A stretch of DNA of 64,000 nucleotides from Klebsiella phage vB_KpnP_PW7. The number at the start of each line of letters is the position of its first letter. The first letter of the stretch is position 1. The notes below the pieces were generated by a model, which worked only from the letters and a program-made list of their open reading frames with translations, searched no databases and was not told the DNA's origin. Shown piece after piece: positions 27,409 to 38,791 of the stretch. Where the stretch lies: the sequence record PQ409239.1; one strand, given 5' to 3'. The position numbers and the translations under genes are program-made.

Positions 27409-27672
27409 ATTTCATTCTTTTGTTCGGGAGGACAAATGTCATACAAACCTAAGAAGTACCGTATCAAAGACCAACCTGTCATTGGTTCTGCTGCCGGGCA
27501 AGAGCAACAGAAAGGGGATATCGTCTATGAATTCATTGGTTACGATTACGGTCTTTCTCGTGATGACTCTATTGCTACTGGCGCTATACACACCTCCGTA
27601 ACCATAGAAGCTGATGGTAGTGGTCCGTTCTTCACAGTACCGGTTCATAATCTGGAGGAAATCCATGATTAA
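27394..27672 (+). CDS. Hypothetical.
   Basis: 92-aa ORF. Confidence 0.3.
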   Translation: MGLFLISFFCSGGQMSYKPKKYRIKDQPVIGSAAGQEQQKGDIVYEFIGYDYGLSRDDSIATGAIHTSVTIEADGSGPFFTVPVHNLEEIHD

Positions 27673-27982
27673 CCCAAACGTAGTACACGCTAAGACAGGC
27701 GAGTTAGTACCACTATCAGAGGTAAGCTCTGTAGAAGATATAGCCGCCTGTCCAGCTAACATTGCTTCACTGTGTATGAGCATTGTTGAACACAATCGTC
27801 TGTGGACGGAACCAACTGAGGCTATGACTCAAGCAGGTTTGGCAGAAGTGCAACGAATGCTAGATGAATGGGCAGAAAATGGCCTTCTCTACGGTGGTGA
27901 CGCCGAAGAAATTACTGATGACATGGCATCCGATATGGCTGTATTCGTAGTTCAAGCAATGGCAGGTAAATTAAATGGTTAA
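27666..27982 (+). CDS. Hypothetical. Start adjusted to MINPNVVH.
   Basis: In-frame ATG overlapping the upstream stop. Confidence 0.35.
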
Positions 27983-28178
27983 AGGTCAACTATATCGCCA
28001 TAAAAAGAAAGGCTTTTACATACTGCTTAAGCATAAAGCCTGGTTTCTTGGGGAAGTCCTTTGGATAGTTAAAACGAACTCCCCTAAATTAAAAGCAAGT
28101 GCAAGTGATGGCCAAATCTCAAGCCTTTCTATTAAACGGTCTTATGAGCTAATAGCCAACAATTACCAACCCAAATAA
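27975..28178 (+). CDS. Hypothetical.
   Basis: 67-aa ORF. Confidence 0.3.
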   Translation: MVKGQLYRHKKKGFYILLKHKAWFLGEVLWIVKTNSPKLKASASDGQISSLSIKRSYELIANNYQPK

Positions 28179-28196
28179 CATTTACTGGAGAGTAAA

Positions 28197-30716
28197 ATGC
28201 AAGTAGCTGATATTACAGAACTGGCCTCATCTGCAACGTTAGGTGCAGGCAAAGCACAACGTATGAGCATGGCAGAAGACCCAGCTCTGTATCTCACAAT
28301 GATTATTAGCCTTTACCCCAACGTAAAGCTGGCATTCATTCGTGAGACCATCTGCAACCAATGGGATGCTCATATTGCTTCAGGGCGTACCGACACGCCT
28401 ATCAAGATTACTATCGACCGTGACTTGATGCTGACCTTCCGTGACTTCGGTTACGGTATTCCAATTGAGAAGATGGATAGCACCTACAACACGTTGGGTG
28501 GTTCCACTAAGCGCCATAGCACAGCAGAGACTGGTGGTTTTGGCTTAGGCTGTAAATCCCCTATTGCTTACGCTGAGTCGTTCAAAGTAGTAACCATGCA
28601 TAACGGAACCAAGGGAATCTATAACATGGTTCGTTCGTCTGTAGAGACGGATGGGTTCCCTGGACTGGTTCCTATTATGCAGCTTCCTACAGAAGAATCT
28701 GGTCTGGAAGTTAGCATTCAATTGCGTAAAGAAGATGTAGCAGAGATTGTTGGCTACATTCGTTCCGTAGTTTATAACGGTAGTATGAAGTGCCGTTTCA
28801 TCTGTGATGCACCGGAACAGGAGTACGACGGTGTTTTACCAAGACTAGATATGTCATTTGAACCAGGTTCATATAACGTAGATAGTCAAAGCTGGTATCA
28901 GCGTCACATGGGCAACCATGCTGTTTATATCCGTTACGGTAACGTTGTATACCCTGCACTGGAAACTCCTGCTACAGAGCGTGCCATTGGGCTTATTAAC
29001 AACTTCCTGAGCATCATTGGTCATCCTCGTATCCTGGTTCAAGCAAAGCCGTCCAGCCTTGCTGTAGCACCTAGTCGTGAAACCCTGTCATCTCAGCAAA
29101 TGACAGAAAATGGTATCACTGACTTGGTAGTAGGTTTGGTGGATAAGCTGGAAGCTGATATCAAAGCACGTATTCCTGATGCTATTCAGCAAATTATTGA
29201 TGGAATTAAGAATGATAGTCAGGATAACTTCGTAATTAGTGAATATAAGGATTATATTTCTGACTACGTATCCGACAAAATGGTCAGAGGTTACATGAAC
29301 TCCTCCCTTTGGGAAAAGCAGCGTAATCACTGGATTCCTCAATTCCAGAACATGGAATTAGACCGCCATAGTGATATGGATGTTTTTAGTGGTAATCCCA
29401 AGTTACGGGCTAAATTCCGTAAAGTACTTAAGTTGTGTAAGTACAGTGGTACAGGAAGAAAGCTATTGCATAAATTCTGCTATGACTATGGCATTAAGCC
29501 ATTGCTCAAAGAATTAGCTAAGCTGGGTCACCATAAAAATGTACGTATACTGATGCCAACTGGTGGTGGTTATTATACGTATAAGGAATCTTTCAATAGG
29601 GTCTGTTTTTCTCATGGTATAGATGTAATGTACCTAATGAAAAACAAAAAGGCTTTCATTAGTACTCGTGCTAACGATGTAGGATACAGCATTAGCCACT
29701 ATCCTCCTTTTGCTAAAATATTCAGCTATACCGGGGATAACCCAAGTACTGCTATCTGTATTGCTGTTAAGGTGGGAACCAAGAAAGGTGAAGCTGAATC
29801 TGTAGCAGAGCAGTTTATTAAAGCTGGTTGGGATACAGTTAACCTTGCTGAGAAGTTTGACTGGGACCCTGTTGTTAAAAGTAATCGTATGCTTGCTGAA
29901 CACAAGCGTAGAGTTAAAGCTAAACAAGCTGCTTTGACTCCAGAGCAGGCTAAGAAGAAGGATTCTCACCGTCCTAATCGTCTAATCTGCATTCGTGCAA
30001 TTAAAGATGGTAAGTATATCAGTGGCGGTAATGCTCACCCTCATTATGGTGAACGTCACGTGGACGTAGCAAAACCTGACTATTACTGCATGGCTGACCA
30101 TGTTAGCAACTGGAAAAAGTTAGTATCTGGTATTACTCCTTACCACTTAATCCCGGAAGAGATTAAGGATGTTACCATCGTTTGTCGCAACAAAATTGAG
30201 ATGAACAAAGCCATCAAATTAGGTGCTGTTCACATCGATGAGTGGACCAAAGCTAAATTCCTGGAAATAATTAATTCTAAGGACTTTATTAAGTACGCCA
30301 CTAAAGAACGACGGATGATAATCCCGGCCTTAAATATCAGCTCTTCCGATATTAAGCTTATGCGTTTGTTGGGTATTAAGGTACCTGGGTATGACAAGTT
30401 AAAATTTAATCGTGAATACGAGCAGGTTTTGCATGTCATAGACGAGGGTTACTTAAACCCTACCCTTCGTCAGTGGGTTAATGATAGCGTCATCACGGAA
30501 GAGGAAAAGGATGCATTATACAACATGGCTAGAGGCACATCATTCGTTAACCGTAAGGTTTTCCGTACCTACTTTAAATGTACTAATGACCACTTGTTAG
30601 GTGTTGGTTATGTTAATGCCAGTGATTTAATTAGTGACATCAAAAAGCACCCTGAGCTTATCCAAGCTATCCGTACCATCATTAAACTGACCATCAAACA
30701 GAGACTGAACTCATGA
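28197..30716 (+). CDS. rIIA: rIIA-like protein.
   Basis: 839 aa with a GHKL-like N-terminus, immediately followed by rIIB with a coupled start. N4 carries an rIIA/rIIB pair. Confidence 0.65.
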   Translation: MQVADITELASSATLGAGKAQRMSMAEDPALYLTMIISLYPNVKLAFIRETICNQWDAHIASGRTDTPIKITIDRDLMLTFRDFGYGIPIEKMDSTYNTLGGSTKRHSTAETGGFGLGCKSPIAYAESFKVVTMHNGTKGIYNMVRSSVETDGFPGLVPIMQLPTEESGLEVSIQLRKEDVAEIVGYIRSVVYNGSMKCRFICDAPEQEYDGVLPRLDMSFEPGSYNVDSQSWYQRHMGNHAVYIRYGNVVYPALETPATERAIGLINNFLSIIGHPRILVQAKPSSLAVAPSRETLSSQQMTENGITDLVVGLVDKLEADIKARIPDAIQQIIDGIKNDSQDNFVISEYKDYISDYVSDKMVRGYMNSSLWEKQRNHWIPQFQNMELDRHSDMDVFSGNPKLRAKFRKVLKLCKYSGTGRKLLHKFCYDYGIKPLLKELAKLGHHKNVRILMPTGGGYYTYKESFNRVCFSHGIDVMYLMKNKKAFISTRANDVGYSISHYPPFAKIFSYTGDNPSTAICIAVKVGTKKGEAESVAEQFIKAGWDTVNLAEKFDWDPVVKSNRMLAEHKRRVKAKQAALTPEQAKKKDSHRPNRLICIRAIKDGKYISGGNAHPHYGERHVDVAKPDYYCMADHVSNWKKLVSGITPYHLIPEEIKDVTIVCRNKIEMNKAIKLGAVHIDEWTKAKFLEIINSKDFIKYATKERRMIIPALNISSSDIKLMRLLGIKVPGYDKLKFNREYEQVLHVIDEGYLNPTLRQWVNDSVITEEEKDALYNMARGTSFVNRKVFRTYFKCTNDHLLGVGYVNASDLISDIKKHPELIQAIRTIIKLTIKQRLNS

Positions 30717-32749
30717 ACTCAAATATCGTAGTAATCGTGGCTCTATCCGTAGACAGCGAGCGACTCACCCTCTGGAAGACGGATGGCACTACCATCCACA
30801 TTCCACAAGGTGATACTCGCGTAGCAGCTGTTGTTGCTGAGGCTAAGGCTAAAGGATTAGCCCCAGGTAAGCCAGTTAGCGTAGATATCACTATGCACAA
30901 TGCATCTAAGAAGGAATACGCAGATGCAGAACAAGGAACCAATGGACTGGTTCGCTTCTTCCGCGTAGCTAAGAAGAAACTCTCTGAGTTCTTTGCTGAC
31001 GACACGGAAGAAAAGCCTGCTGCCCCAGTGGAAACTATTTTCCTGGGTAGCACTGCCACTATTGGTGCTAAGGCAATGGACACCTTCCTTGCTGTACGTA
31101 ACGCTACTCCTGCTGCCGAATCGGTAGAAGAGGTAGAGCACGTAAAAGGTGGCAGTAAAGCCTTGTGGATTACTGCCCACAACCCAGGAAATCGTGTAGG
31201 TGCCATTAAAGCCCTGCGTGAATTCGCAGGCATTGGTCTGAAAGAAGCTTCTGATAAGCTGAATGAGCCTTTGCCTATTCGCGTATCTATTCATCTGTCT
31301 GAAGACCAGGCTGTTCACTATGCAGGGTTGTTGGCTAAAGAGGGGGTAGTTACTACCATCCTCAACGTTGGTGATAACCCACCAGCATTACCAGTAGCAG
31401 AATCCAATGCGTCTAAACTGGATGCAGCAGAAGAGAAGCTCATGAAGCTTGGTGGTATCTCAACTAATGAGAACAAGTTTCACGAGCCACTGGCTGAAGA
31501 CGAAACCATTGTTGCTGTTGTCAACAACACAGTGGTACCTGGTGTTGAAGGTATTCAGCGTCAGATTCGTCAGTCTGCAAAACTCAAAGACTTCCGTGGC
31601 TTCACCAAGTTCTTAGAGCGACTGGCTCCTGTTATTAAGAACCGCCGTCACTCAGTAGAAGACCTGATGCAGTTTATGGAGACGGGTAACCTGCCTATTG
31701 CAGATGATGGTTCTATCGTCATCTTCAAACGCCTTAACCTAAAAGGTAGCCCTAAGCATGTCAAAGCCGAACGTGTCTATGTTGACGTACACTCCGGTAA
31801 CATTGAACAGGCTGTTGGCTCTAAGGTGCAGGTACGTGAAGACCTGGTAGACCAAAACCGTCGCCAAGACTGTTCACACGGTCTGCATGTGGCTACTCAG
31901 CAGTACATTACTAGCTTCAGTGGTAATGTGACCATCATTGGTAAAGTTGCACCAGAAGACGTTTTTGCTGTACCTGAATACAGTAAAACTAAAATGCGTG
32001 TAGCTGCTTACCATATTGTAGAAGAGCTGCCACCAGTTATCCGTGACCACGTAAATTGCGGTCGTCCTATTGATACCATCCCAGGTGGTGCAGAAATCCT
32101 TAACCGGGTTCTGTCCGGTAAACACCCGCAACCGAACCTGTTAGTTCATGTTGCAGGTCACCGTGGTACTAATCTTACTTACACAGTGCTTAACGCTACT
32201 CTGGCCGAACCAGAAGTAGAAGTGGGTACTTACGTAGAGAAGCCTACCATCGACCTGGAAGAATCACTGGAAGTGACCCCAAACACGGCACCGGTAGTGA
32301 AAGCTACTGATGTTAAACCCATCGAGAAGAAGAAATCCAATATGGAACTTGCTGACGAACTCTGGAATAAATTCCAGAATGCTGAAACCGCTACGGTAGC
32401 AGCAGAAGTAGCTGGCGAACTGATTGCCCTTAAAGGCAAGATGAAGAAACCTTGGTCTGCACTGGGTCTCTCTTCTGACATGGTTCAACAGTTGGCTGAT
32501 GCTCGCACCAAAATGCCAGTAGAACGTAAACCGGAACCAGTGAAGAAAGCGGTAGTTTCTGCACCGGCTAAGGGAAGCAAACATGCAGATACCATTCGTG
32601 GTTATCTGAATGATGCTGGCATGAGTGACTACTCTAAGGCACATGCTATCCATGACCTGAAACGTGCAGCTAAGAAGTCTTATGCAGCACTTGGTTTGAC
32701 AGAAGATGAAGTAAAAGCTATTGACAAGCTGAAGCATCATCTGAAGTAA
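30713..32749 (+). CDS. rIIB: rIIB-like protein.
   Basis: 678-aa ORF overlapping the rIIA stop. Confidence 0.6.
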   Translation: MNSNIVVIVALSVDSERLTLWKTDGTTIHIPQGDTRVAAVVAEAKAKGLAPGKPVSVDITMHNASKKEYADAEQGTNGLVRFFRVAKKKLSEFFADDTEEKPAAPVETIFLGSTATIGAKAMDTFLAVRNATPAAESVEEVEHVKGGSKALWITAHNPGNRVGAIKALREFAGIGLKEASDKLNEPLPIRVSIHLSEDQAVHYAGLLAKEGVVTTILNVGDNPPALPVAESNASKLDAAEEKLMKLGGISTNENKFHEPLAEDETIVAVVNNTVVPGVEGIQRQIRQSAKLKDFRGFTKFLERLAPVIKNRRHSVEDLMQFMETGNLPIADDGSIVIFKRLNLKGSPKHVKAERVYVDVHSGNIEQAVGSKVQVREDLVDQNRRQDCSHGLHVATQQYITSFSGNVTIIGKVAPEDVFAVPEYSKTKMRVAAYHIVEELPPVIRDHVNCGRPIDTIPGGAEILNRVLSGKHPQPNLLVHVAGHRGTNLTYTVLNATLAEPEVEVGTYVEKPTIDLEESLEVTPNTAPVVKATDVKPIEKKKSNMELADELWNKFQNAETATVAAEVAGELIALKGKMKKPWSALGLSSDMVQQLADARTKMPVERKPEPVKKAVVSAPAKGSKHADTIRGYLNDAGMSDYSKAHAIHDLKRAAKKSYAALGLTEDEVKAIDKLKHHLK

Positions 32750-32790
32750 CCTGTTCAAGTAGCCTCAGTTGAAATATACTGAGGCTATCT

Positions 32791-33204
32791 TTGAAGAGGA
32801 AATATACTATGTCTACTGTATACCGTGCTAACCGCAAAGCCCATGACGATGATATTATCCGAATGAACTCCATCGGATTATCACTCGCTACTATTGCCAA
32901 AACTCTTGGCGTACACCCAACCACTGTAACTTTACGATTACGCTCTCTGAACATTGAACCTGCTGACACTCGTCGCACATTCATGGAGAACGTACTTGCA
33001 CCAATGCCTACTCATGTAGCGGATTGGTTGGCAGACCAGTTAGGCCCCAAATACGAGATTCGTCAATATGTGCGAGACTTGTTAATGGAGGCTTACCAGA
33101 ATCGTCATAATCTTAAAGGTACAGCTCATGAGCGATTCCTCAAACGATACGCTGGTACAGACTCAGAATTGGTTTCTGAAGGCAGTGCCGAGTCCAACTC
33201 ATAA
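32791..33204 (+). CDS. Hypothetical.
   Basis: 137-aa ORF. Confidence 0.35.
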   Translation: MKRKYTMSTVYRANRKAHDDDIIRMNSIGLSLATIAKTLGVHPTTVTLRLRSLNIEPADTRRTFMENVLAPMPTHVADWLADQLGPKYEIRQYVRDLLMEAYQNRHNLKGTAHERFLKRYAGTDSELVSEGSAESNS

Positions 33205-33250
33205 AAATGTTACAACCCAGATTGGTTGTCACTTGGAAGAAGTGGCAGAA

Positions 33251-33589
33251 ATGCTGACAGTCTTGAAGAGTGACAACCCATTCCAGTCTATGGTCATTGC
33301 AGATGCCATTGCATCATTAGTTTTACTATCAGACCGTCTTAAATCCTACGGAGAAGATACCTACGTAAGGGAAGAAGACCGTGCAGAACTGCTTGATGCA
33401 CTCTGTGACCAGATTGTAACAGCTACTGGCATCGGTACTTTCCTTGGTATGAACGTACCTGGGGCATTATCCGAAGTAAACCGTTCTAATTACTCAAAGT
33501 TCGTGGATGGCAAGCCCGTCTTCAATGAGAACCAGAAAGTGATGAAAGGTCCAGATTATACTCCCCCAGCCTTAACCCCATTCATTTAA
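33251..33589 (+). CDS. MazG-like nucleotide pyrophosphohydrolase. Start uncertain; the internal ATG MLTVLK was used.
   Basis: EEVAEMLTVLKSDNP ... ELLDALCDQIV is a MazG-like EE-x-E ... D pattern. Confidence 0.35.
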   Translation: MLTVLKSDNPFQSMVIADAIASLVLLSDRLKSYGEDTYVREEDRAELLDALCDQIVTATGIGTFLGMNVPGALSEVNRSNYSKFVDGKPVFNENQKVMKGPDYTPPALTPFI

Positions 33590-33625
33590 CACTGCCCAAA
33601 AGGGTAGTCACATGTAGGAACTTAG

Positions 33626-34933
33626 ATGAGTAACTCTACAAAACTGCCCTTAAACGCTGGGCAGACTGAAGCTGCTGAAGGCTTTTTTGAATTCTTGTTT
33701 GATAAGCACGAGAAGGAACTCAATATCAGTGGTGCAGGCGGCGTAGGTAAGACATTTACCATGGCTCACATGATTGATGAAATCATGCCTCGTTACCACA
33801 AGACCTGTCAGACTCTGGGCATTAAGTCAGAGTATGACGAAGTAGTAATGACAGCTACCACTAACAAGGCTGCTGAGGTACTGGCTCAGGCTACTGGACG
33901 ACCTGCCAGTACATATCATGCTTTCCAGGGGCTAACTGTTAAGAACAACTTCTCTACCGGGGAAGCTGACTTAATCCCAGCTCGCAACTACTCAATCAAG
34001 CACAATAAGGTCATCTTTATTGATGAGGCATCGATGATTGACCGTAAGCTGCGTAAGTTCATTCTGGAAGGTACACACAACAGTAAGATTGTTTACGTTG
34101 GTGACCATGCTCAGTTACTGCCGGTAAAAGAAGTAAGTTCCCCTGTTTATGACAGTGGAATTAAAACCTTTTACTTAACCGAGCAAATGCGTACCACTAT
34201 CCCAGAGCTTCAGGCATTGCATAAACAACTGCGTGACACTGTGGAAGGTAAGACTGGTTTCCTGCCCATTAAGTGTGTGCCAGGTGTTATTGACTGGGTA
34301 GACTCAGACGACATGCAACTGTTGCTGGAACAGCACTTCACTAACAAAACCAATAGTCGTATTGTGGCTTACACCAACGGTCAGGTAGTTAACTACAATA
34401 CCTACGTTCGTGACCTGAATGGTTTAGCTGGTGAGTTTGTTGTTGGTGAGGAACTGGTGAGTAACTCAGCAGTTACTATCGGTAAATCCGACCGTTTGTC
34501 TATTGAGCAAGAAGTACGGATTACTGACCGGGAACCAAGGACTCGCATGGTTCGTATCACTGATGATATCGAGCTTGAAGTACGAGATTGTACGTTAGAC
34601 ACCGGTTACGGTGGCTACATTGAAGAAGTACCAATCCCTGTTGATTATGAGTACTTCAACAACCTGGTTAAGTTCTTTGGTAAACAAAAACGATGGGACA
34701 TTTACTTTAAATTAAAGGAAACGTACCCAGAGTTACGTGCAACACATGCATGTACTGTACATAAATCCCAAGGTTCCACTTACGACACCGTGTTTATTGA
34801 TGCAGGTGATTTATCTACTTGCCGTCAGCCGGATGTAGTAGCTCGTCTGCTTTACGTAGCTGTATCACGTGCTCGTAAGCGTGTTGTATTTTACGGCGAC
34901 CTTGCTAAAAAGTATGGTGGCTTAATTAAGTAG
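33626..34933 (+). CDS. SF1 DNA helicase, Dda/RecD-like.
   Basis: Walker A GAGGVGKTFT; motif VYVGDHAQLLPV. Confidence 0.7.
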   Translation: MSNSTKLPLNAGQTEAAEGFFEFLFDKHEKELNISGAGGVGKTFTMAHMIDEIMPRYHKTCQTLGIKSEYDEVVMTATTNKAAEVLAQATGRPASTYHAFQGLTVKNNFSTGEADLIPARNYSIKHNKVIFIDEASMIDRKLRKFILEGTHNSKIVYVGDHAQLLPVKEVSSPVYDSGIKTFYLTEQMRTTIPELQALHKQLRDTVEGKTGFLPIKCVPGVIDWVDSDDMQLLLEQHFTNKTNSRIVAYTNGQVVNYNTYVRDLNGLAGEFVVGEELVSNSAVTIGKSDRLSIEQEVRITDREPRTRMVRITDDIELEVRDCTLDTGYGGYIEEVPIPVDYEYFNNLVKFFGKQKRWDIYFKLKETYPELRATHACTVHKSQGSTYDTVFIDAGDLSTCRQPDVVARLLYVAVSRARKRVVFYGDLAKKYGGLIK

Positions 34934-34941
34934 GTGGCCCA

Positions 34942-35472
34942 ATGGCTCAGATATCAGAAAAGAACATTCACGAAAATACCAATAGTAGTGCAATCGTTAA
35001 ACACCTATTCCTGGCTGAATTGAAAAGGCTGGATGATACCCTTGCTGAATTAGTACGGGAAAATGAAAACCTTCAAGGCGTGTTTGATACCGTAGGTTTT
35101 CAGTATCAAGGTGAGTTTTACAAAGTTAGTAATGCTAGTCGAATTCCACCATATGGAGAAAGATTGTCATTGCATGACTCACTGATAGAACGTATGCAAC
35201 GTTATCTGGACAGGTCTGGTCGGTTGCTATGGGAATGCACCCAGGTAAACCAGATGGTATTCAGGCTGGTTCAGGGGTGCACAACCAGACAGGATATTCG
35301 TGATGCTTTACCAGAGTGCCTTGTAGCACAAGACAAGGATATGGGACTTCAGACATTTGAGCGTACAAGGCCAGCTGCTTACACACTTGATAATGATAAG
35401 CGAGCTATGAAGCAGTATGAGAAGATTTTACCAATCATCGAATACTACTCAGGAACTCATTTATTGTTCTAG
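34942..35472 (+). CDS. Hypothetical.
   Basis: 176-aa ORF. Confidence 0.4.
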   Translation: MAQISEKNIHENTNSSAIVKHLFLAELKRLDDTLAELVRENENLQGVFDTVGFQYQGEFYKVSNASRIPPYGERLSLHDSLIERMQRYLDRSGRLLWECTQVNQMVFRLVQGCTTRQDIRDALPECLVAQDKDMGLQTFERTRPAAYTLDNDKRAMKQYEKILPIIEYYSGTHLLF

Positions 35473-35474
35473 AG

Positions 35475-38063
35475 GTGTACATGAGACATGTTGTATTTGA
35501 CCAGTCTGGGGAATATCCAGTAGCTGTACTGGTACCCATGATAAGGGCAGATGAAATTGTCAAAGAGTACCTTGAACCATGGGAAATTGATAAAGAGTCG
35601 GTAATTATTCTCGACTTGCACCAAGCACCAGGTAAAAAGAAAACTCCTGTGAAGGAGATTAAGCAGTATATCGAAGACGAACTTCTGCCCGTACTGAAGC
35701 AATCCAAAACTAATTACGTTATCTGTGGCGACAGTGAGTACTTTAAAGTACTTACTAAGTCTGCCAAAGCTGAAGCTTGCTTAGGTTACGTAATGGATTG
35801 TCAGTATGACCCCGATATTAAAGTTGTTTACGTGCCTAACTACAGGCAGGTATTTTATGACCCGCCTAAGATTAAGGCCAAGATTGCTCAGGGCATTTCT
35901 GCATTAGTGGACTATGTAACTGACAACTACGTGGAACCAGGTACAACCATCATTGAGTATGCTGATTATCCTAAAACTCCTGAAGCTATTCAGGCGTGGT
36001 TGGACACACTGCTGGAACAACAAATACCATTGGCAATAGACATCGAAGCCTTTGACCTGAAGCACTATAACGCAGGCATTGGTACCATAACGATGTGCTG
36101 GAGTAAGACCCAGGGGATTGCATTCCCTGTGGACTACAAGCCCATTGAGGGGGCTACAGAGGCCCCATTCGGTGAGTATGTTCCTAACTTACTTGTACGT
36201 ACTATGCTTCGTGAGTTCTTCCAGAAGTATCTGGCGAGAACCATGTACCACAACATCTCATATGACGTTTACGTCATGATTTATGTGTTGTACATGACTG
36301 ACTTGCTTGATACGGATGGTTTGCTTAATGGTATTGATATATTGCTGCGTAATTGGGATGACACCAAGTTAATTACCTACCTAGCTACTAATAGCTGTGC
36401 AGGTAATAAGCTGGGCTTGAAGGAGCAAGCACAGGAATATGCAGGTAACTACGCCCAGGACGATATCAAGGATATTCGCAGAATTCCTTTAGATACTTTG
36501 CTTGAGTATAACCTTGTGGATGGCCTGTCCACTTGGTACACCTATGAAAAGCACTGGGATAATATGGTTGCTGACCAGCAATTGGATATTTACAACAATA
36601 TCTTTAAGCCTGCTACGGTAGACATTATCCAGATGCAACTTACCGGTATGCCCATGAATATGGAAACGGTAAAAAAAGTTGCAAAGGAAATGGAGGATGA
36701 CCGTAGTGCAGCGTTGAAAACCATCAAAAACAGCCCAATCACCAAACAGTTTGACTTGCTGGAAGGACAGGCTTGGGTACTGGAAAAGAATGCTACTCTG
36801 AAGAAGAAGCGAGTAACACTTGCTGATTATAAAGACACATTCAATCCAAACTCAGGGCCACAACTGCAACGACTGCTGTTTGATATGCTGGGCTTGCCTG
36901 TAATTGGTTTAACCAAGAACAAGCAACCGGAGACTGGTGGCGATACACTCAAGGACTTAAAGAACCATACAACCGATAAGGAAGTGCTAGCTTTCCTGGA
37001 TGCTCTTATAGACTACAAGTTAGTGGATAAGATAATCACAGGCTTTATGCCAGCATTCCTTAATGCAAGGCAGGGGCCAGATGGTTGGCATTACCTGTTC
37101 GGAAACCTTAACTTAGGTGGTACCGTATCAGGCAGACTATCTGCATCAGACCCTAACCTGCAAACTATTCCATCTGGTTCTAAGTATGCTAAGAAGATTA
37201 AATCATGCTTCGAGGCACCACCAGGATGGATATTTTGTGGATTAGACTTTGCATCCCTGGAAGACCGCATCTCTGCATTAACGACTAAAGACCCAGAGAA
37301 GCTGAAGGTGTATACCGATGGCTACGACGGTCATAGTCTCCGTGCTTTTGCTTACTTTGGTGAGCAGATGCCGGATATTGTTAATACAGTAGAGTCCATT
37401 AACTCCATCCAAACTAAGTACAAAGCACTACGTGGTGAGTCCAAAGCACCTACGTTCTTGCTCACCTACGGTGGTACTTATATGGGGCTAATGAAGAACT
37501 GTGGTTTCCCTGAAGCTAAGGCCAAGCTAACCGAGAAACGTTATCACGACCTGTACACAGTTAGTGACAATTGGGTTCAGGCAAAACTTGACCAGGCTGC
37601 TAAGGATGGTTATGTTACTGCCGCATTCGGGTTGAGAGTGCGTACCCCTTTACTGTACCAAGTACTACGTGGAACCAGTAAGACCCCTTATGAGGCAGAA
37701 GCCGAAGGCAGAACAGCAGGTAACGCATTAGGTCAGAGTTGGTGTTTGCTAAACAACCGAGCAGGCTCTGAGTTTATGAACAAGGTTCGTAAAAGTGAGT
37801 ATCGCCTAGATATTCGCCCTAGCATCCACATCCACGATGCTCAATACTTCATGATACGTGACAATATGGACACGGTTATGTATGTCAACGAGCACCTGGT
37901 TAAAGCTGTTCAGTGGCAGGACCATCCTGATATTGCTCACCCAGACGTTCATTTGGGTGGGGAACTATCCTTGTTTTATCCAACATGGGCTAACGAGATT
38001 GAAATTCCAAACTATGCTACGCCCGAACAAATCAACGATTTAATTCAAAAGGCATTTTCATGA
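35475..38063 (+). CDS. DNA polymerase, family A, with 3'-5' exonuclease.
   Basis: ExoI DIEAFDL; motif A LDFASLEDRIS; motif B RGESKAPTFLLTYGG; motif C IHIHDAQYF. 862 aa. Confidence 0.85.
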   Translation: MYMRHVVFDQSGEYPVAVLVPMIRADEIVKEYLEPWEIDKESVIILDLHQAPGKKKTPVKEIKQYIEDELLPVLKQSKTNYVICGDSEYFKVLTKSAKAEACLGYVMDCQYDPDIKVVYVPNYRQVFYDPPKIKAKIAQGISALVDYVTDNYVEPGTTIIEYADYPKTPEAIQAWLDTLLEQQIPLAIDIEAFDLKHYNAGIGTITMCWSKTQGIAFPVDYKPIEGATEAPFGEYVPNLLVRTMLREFFQKYLARTMYHNISYDVYVMIYVLYMTDLLDTDGLLNGIDILLRNWDDTKLITYLATNSCAGNKLGLKEQAQEYAGNYAQDDIKDIRRIPLDTLLEYNLVDGLSTWYTYEKHWDNMVADQQLDIYNNIFKPATVDIIQMQLTGMPMNMETVKKVAKEMEDDRSAALKTIKNSPITKQFDLLEGQAWVLEKNATLKKKRVTLADYKDTFNPNSGPQLQRLLFDMLGLPVIGLTKNKQPETGGDTLKDLKNHTTDKEVLAFLDALIDYKLVDKIITGFMPAFLNARQGPDGWHYLFGNLNLGGTVSGRLSASDPNLQTIPSGSKYAKKIKSCFEAPPGWIFCGLDFASLEDRISALTTKDPEKLKVYTDGYDGHSLRAFAYFGEQMPDIVNTVESINSIQTKYKALRGESKAPTFLLTYGGTYMGLMKNCGFPEAKAKLTEKRYHDLYTVSDNWVQAKLDQAAKDGYVTAAFGLRVRTPLLYQVLRGTSKTPYEAEAEGRTAGNALGQSWCLLNNRAGSEFMNKVRKSEYRLDIRPSIHIHDAQYFMIRDNMDTVMYVNEHLVKAVQWQDHPDIAHPDVHLGGELSLFYPTWANEIEIPNYATPEQINDLIQKAFS

Positions 38064-38359
38064 CTGAACAAAAAGCTATGTACCACTGGTTAGTATCAGC
38101 TCAGGTAGTCTTTCAGAACAAAGACGCTTCAGATGGTGGTGTTGTACCCATCAACGCAGTACTGCTGACTGAGAAGCCGGTTGTAAATGCCCAAGCACTT
38201 GCACAAGCCCAACGTACAGTGACGGCTAACATGCAGGAACGTTTCCAAGACCCAGATATGGGTATTGTAGATATCGTGTTCCTCGCTTTTAACAACCTGG
38301 GATTGATGACTCGTGAAGAGTTCAACCCGGACAACGCAGTAAAGCCTGCTAACGGATAA
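38060..38359 (+). CDS. Hypothetical.
   Basis: 99-aa ORF, coupled. Confidence 0.4.
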   Translation: MTEQKAMYHWLVSAQVVFQNKDASDGGVVPINAVLLTEKPVVNAQALAQAQRTVTANMQERFQDPDMGIVDIVFLAFNNLGLMTREEFNPDNAVKPANG

Positions 38360-38362
38360 CTT

Positions 38363-38791
38363 ATGAACCAGGAATTAACTGGAGGTAAGGTTAATTACTA
38401 CCTGGTTCAAGTGGAAGCTCCTCAACGTGAGGAGCAACCTCCTTACCAGGCAGAGTGTGAGGATATCATCCAAGCACTAGGTATGACCTTCGATGAAGGC
38501 TGTCTGTTCAAAGCCCTATGGCGTAATGCCAATGCTCGTAAGAACAATGGTAAACCGGGTCAATCTGCTAAGTACGATGCAGAAAAGATGGTGCATTACG
38601 CTGGGCGTATTCTTAAACAAGAATCCCAGCAAAGCAAAGCTGTTTCTGCTAAGCGTAGCAACCAGCTTGTACCAAACAACACATTAATAGCTGCCGTCTA
38701 TAAAGACGGGAGAGTGGTTACCAACTACTTTGGTTACATCGATTGGGATAAGGTAGTTAAGTGGGAGGTGGTAAGTGAAGATAACCAATAA
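38363..38791 (+). CDS. Hypothetical.
   Basis: 142-aa ORF. Confidence 0.4.
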   Translation: MNQELTGGKVNYYLVQVEAPQREEQPPYQAECEDIIQALGMTFDEGCLFKALWRNANARKNNGKPGQSAKYDAEKMVHYAGRILKQESQQSKAVSAKRSNQLVPNNTLIAAVYKDGRVVTNYFGYIDWDKVVKWEVVSEDNQ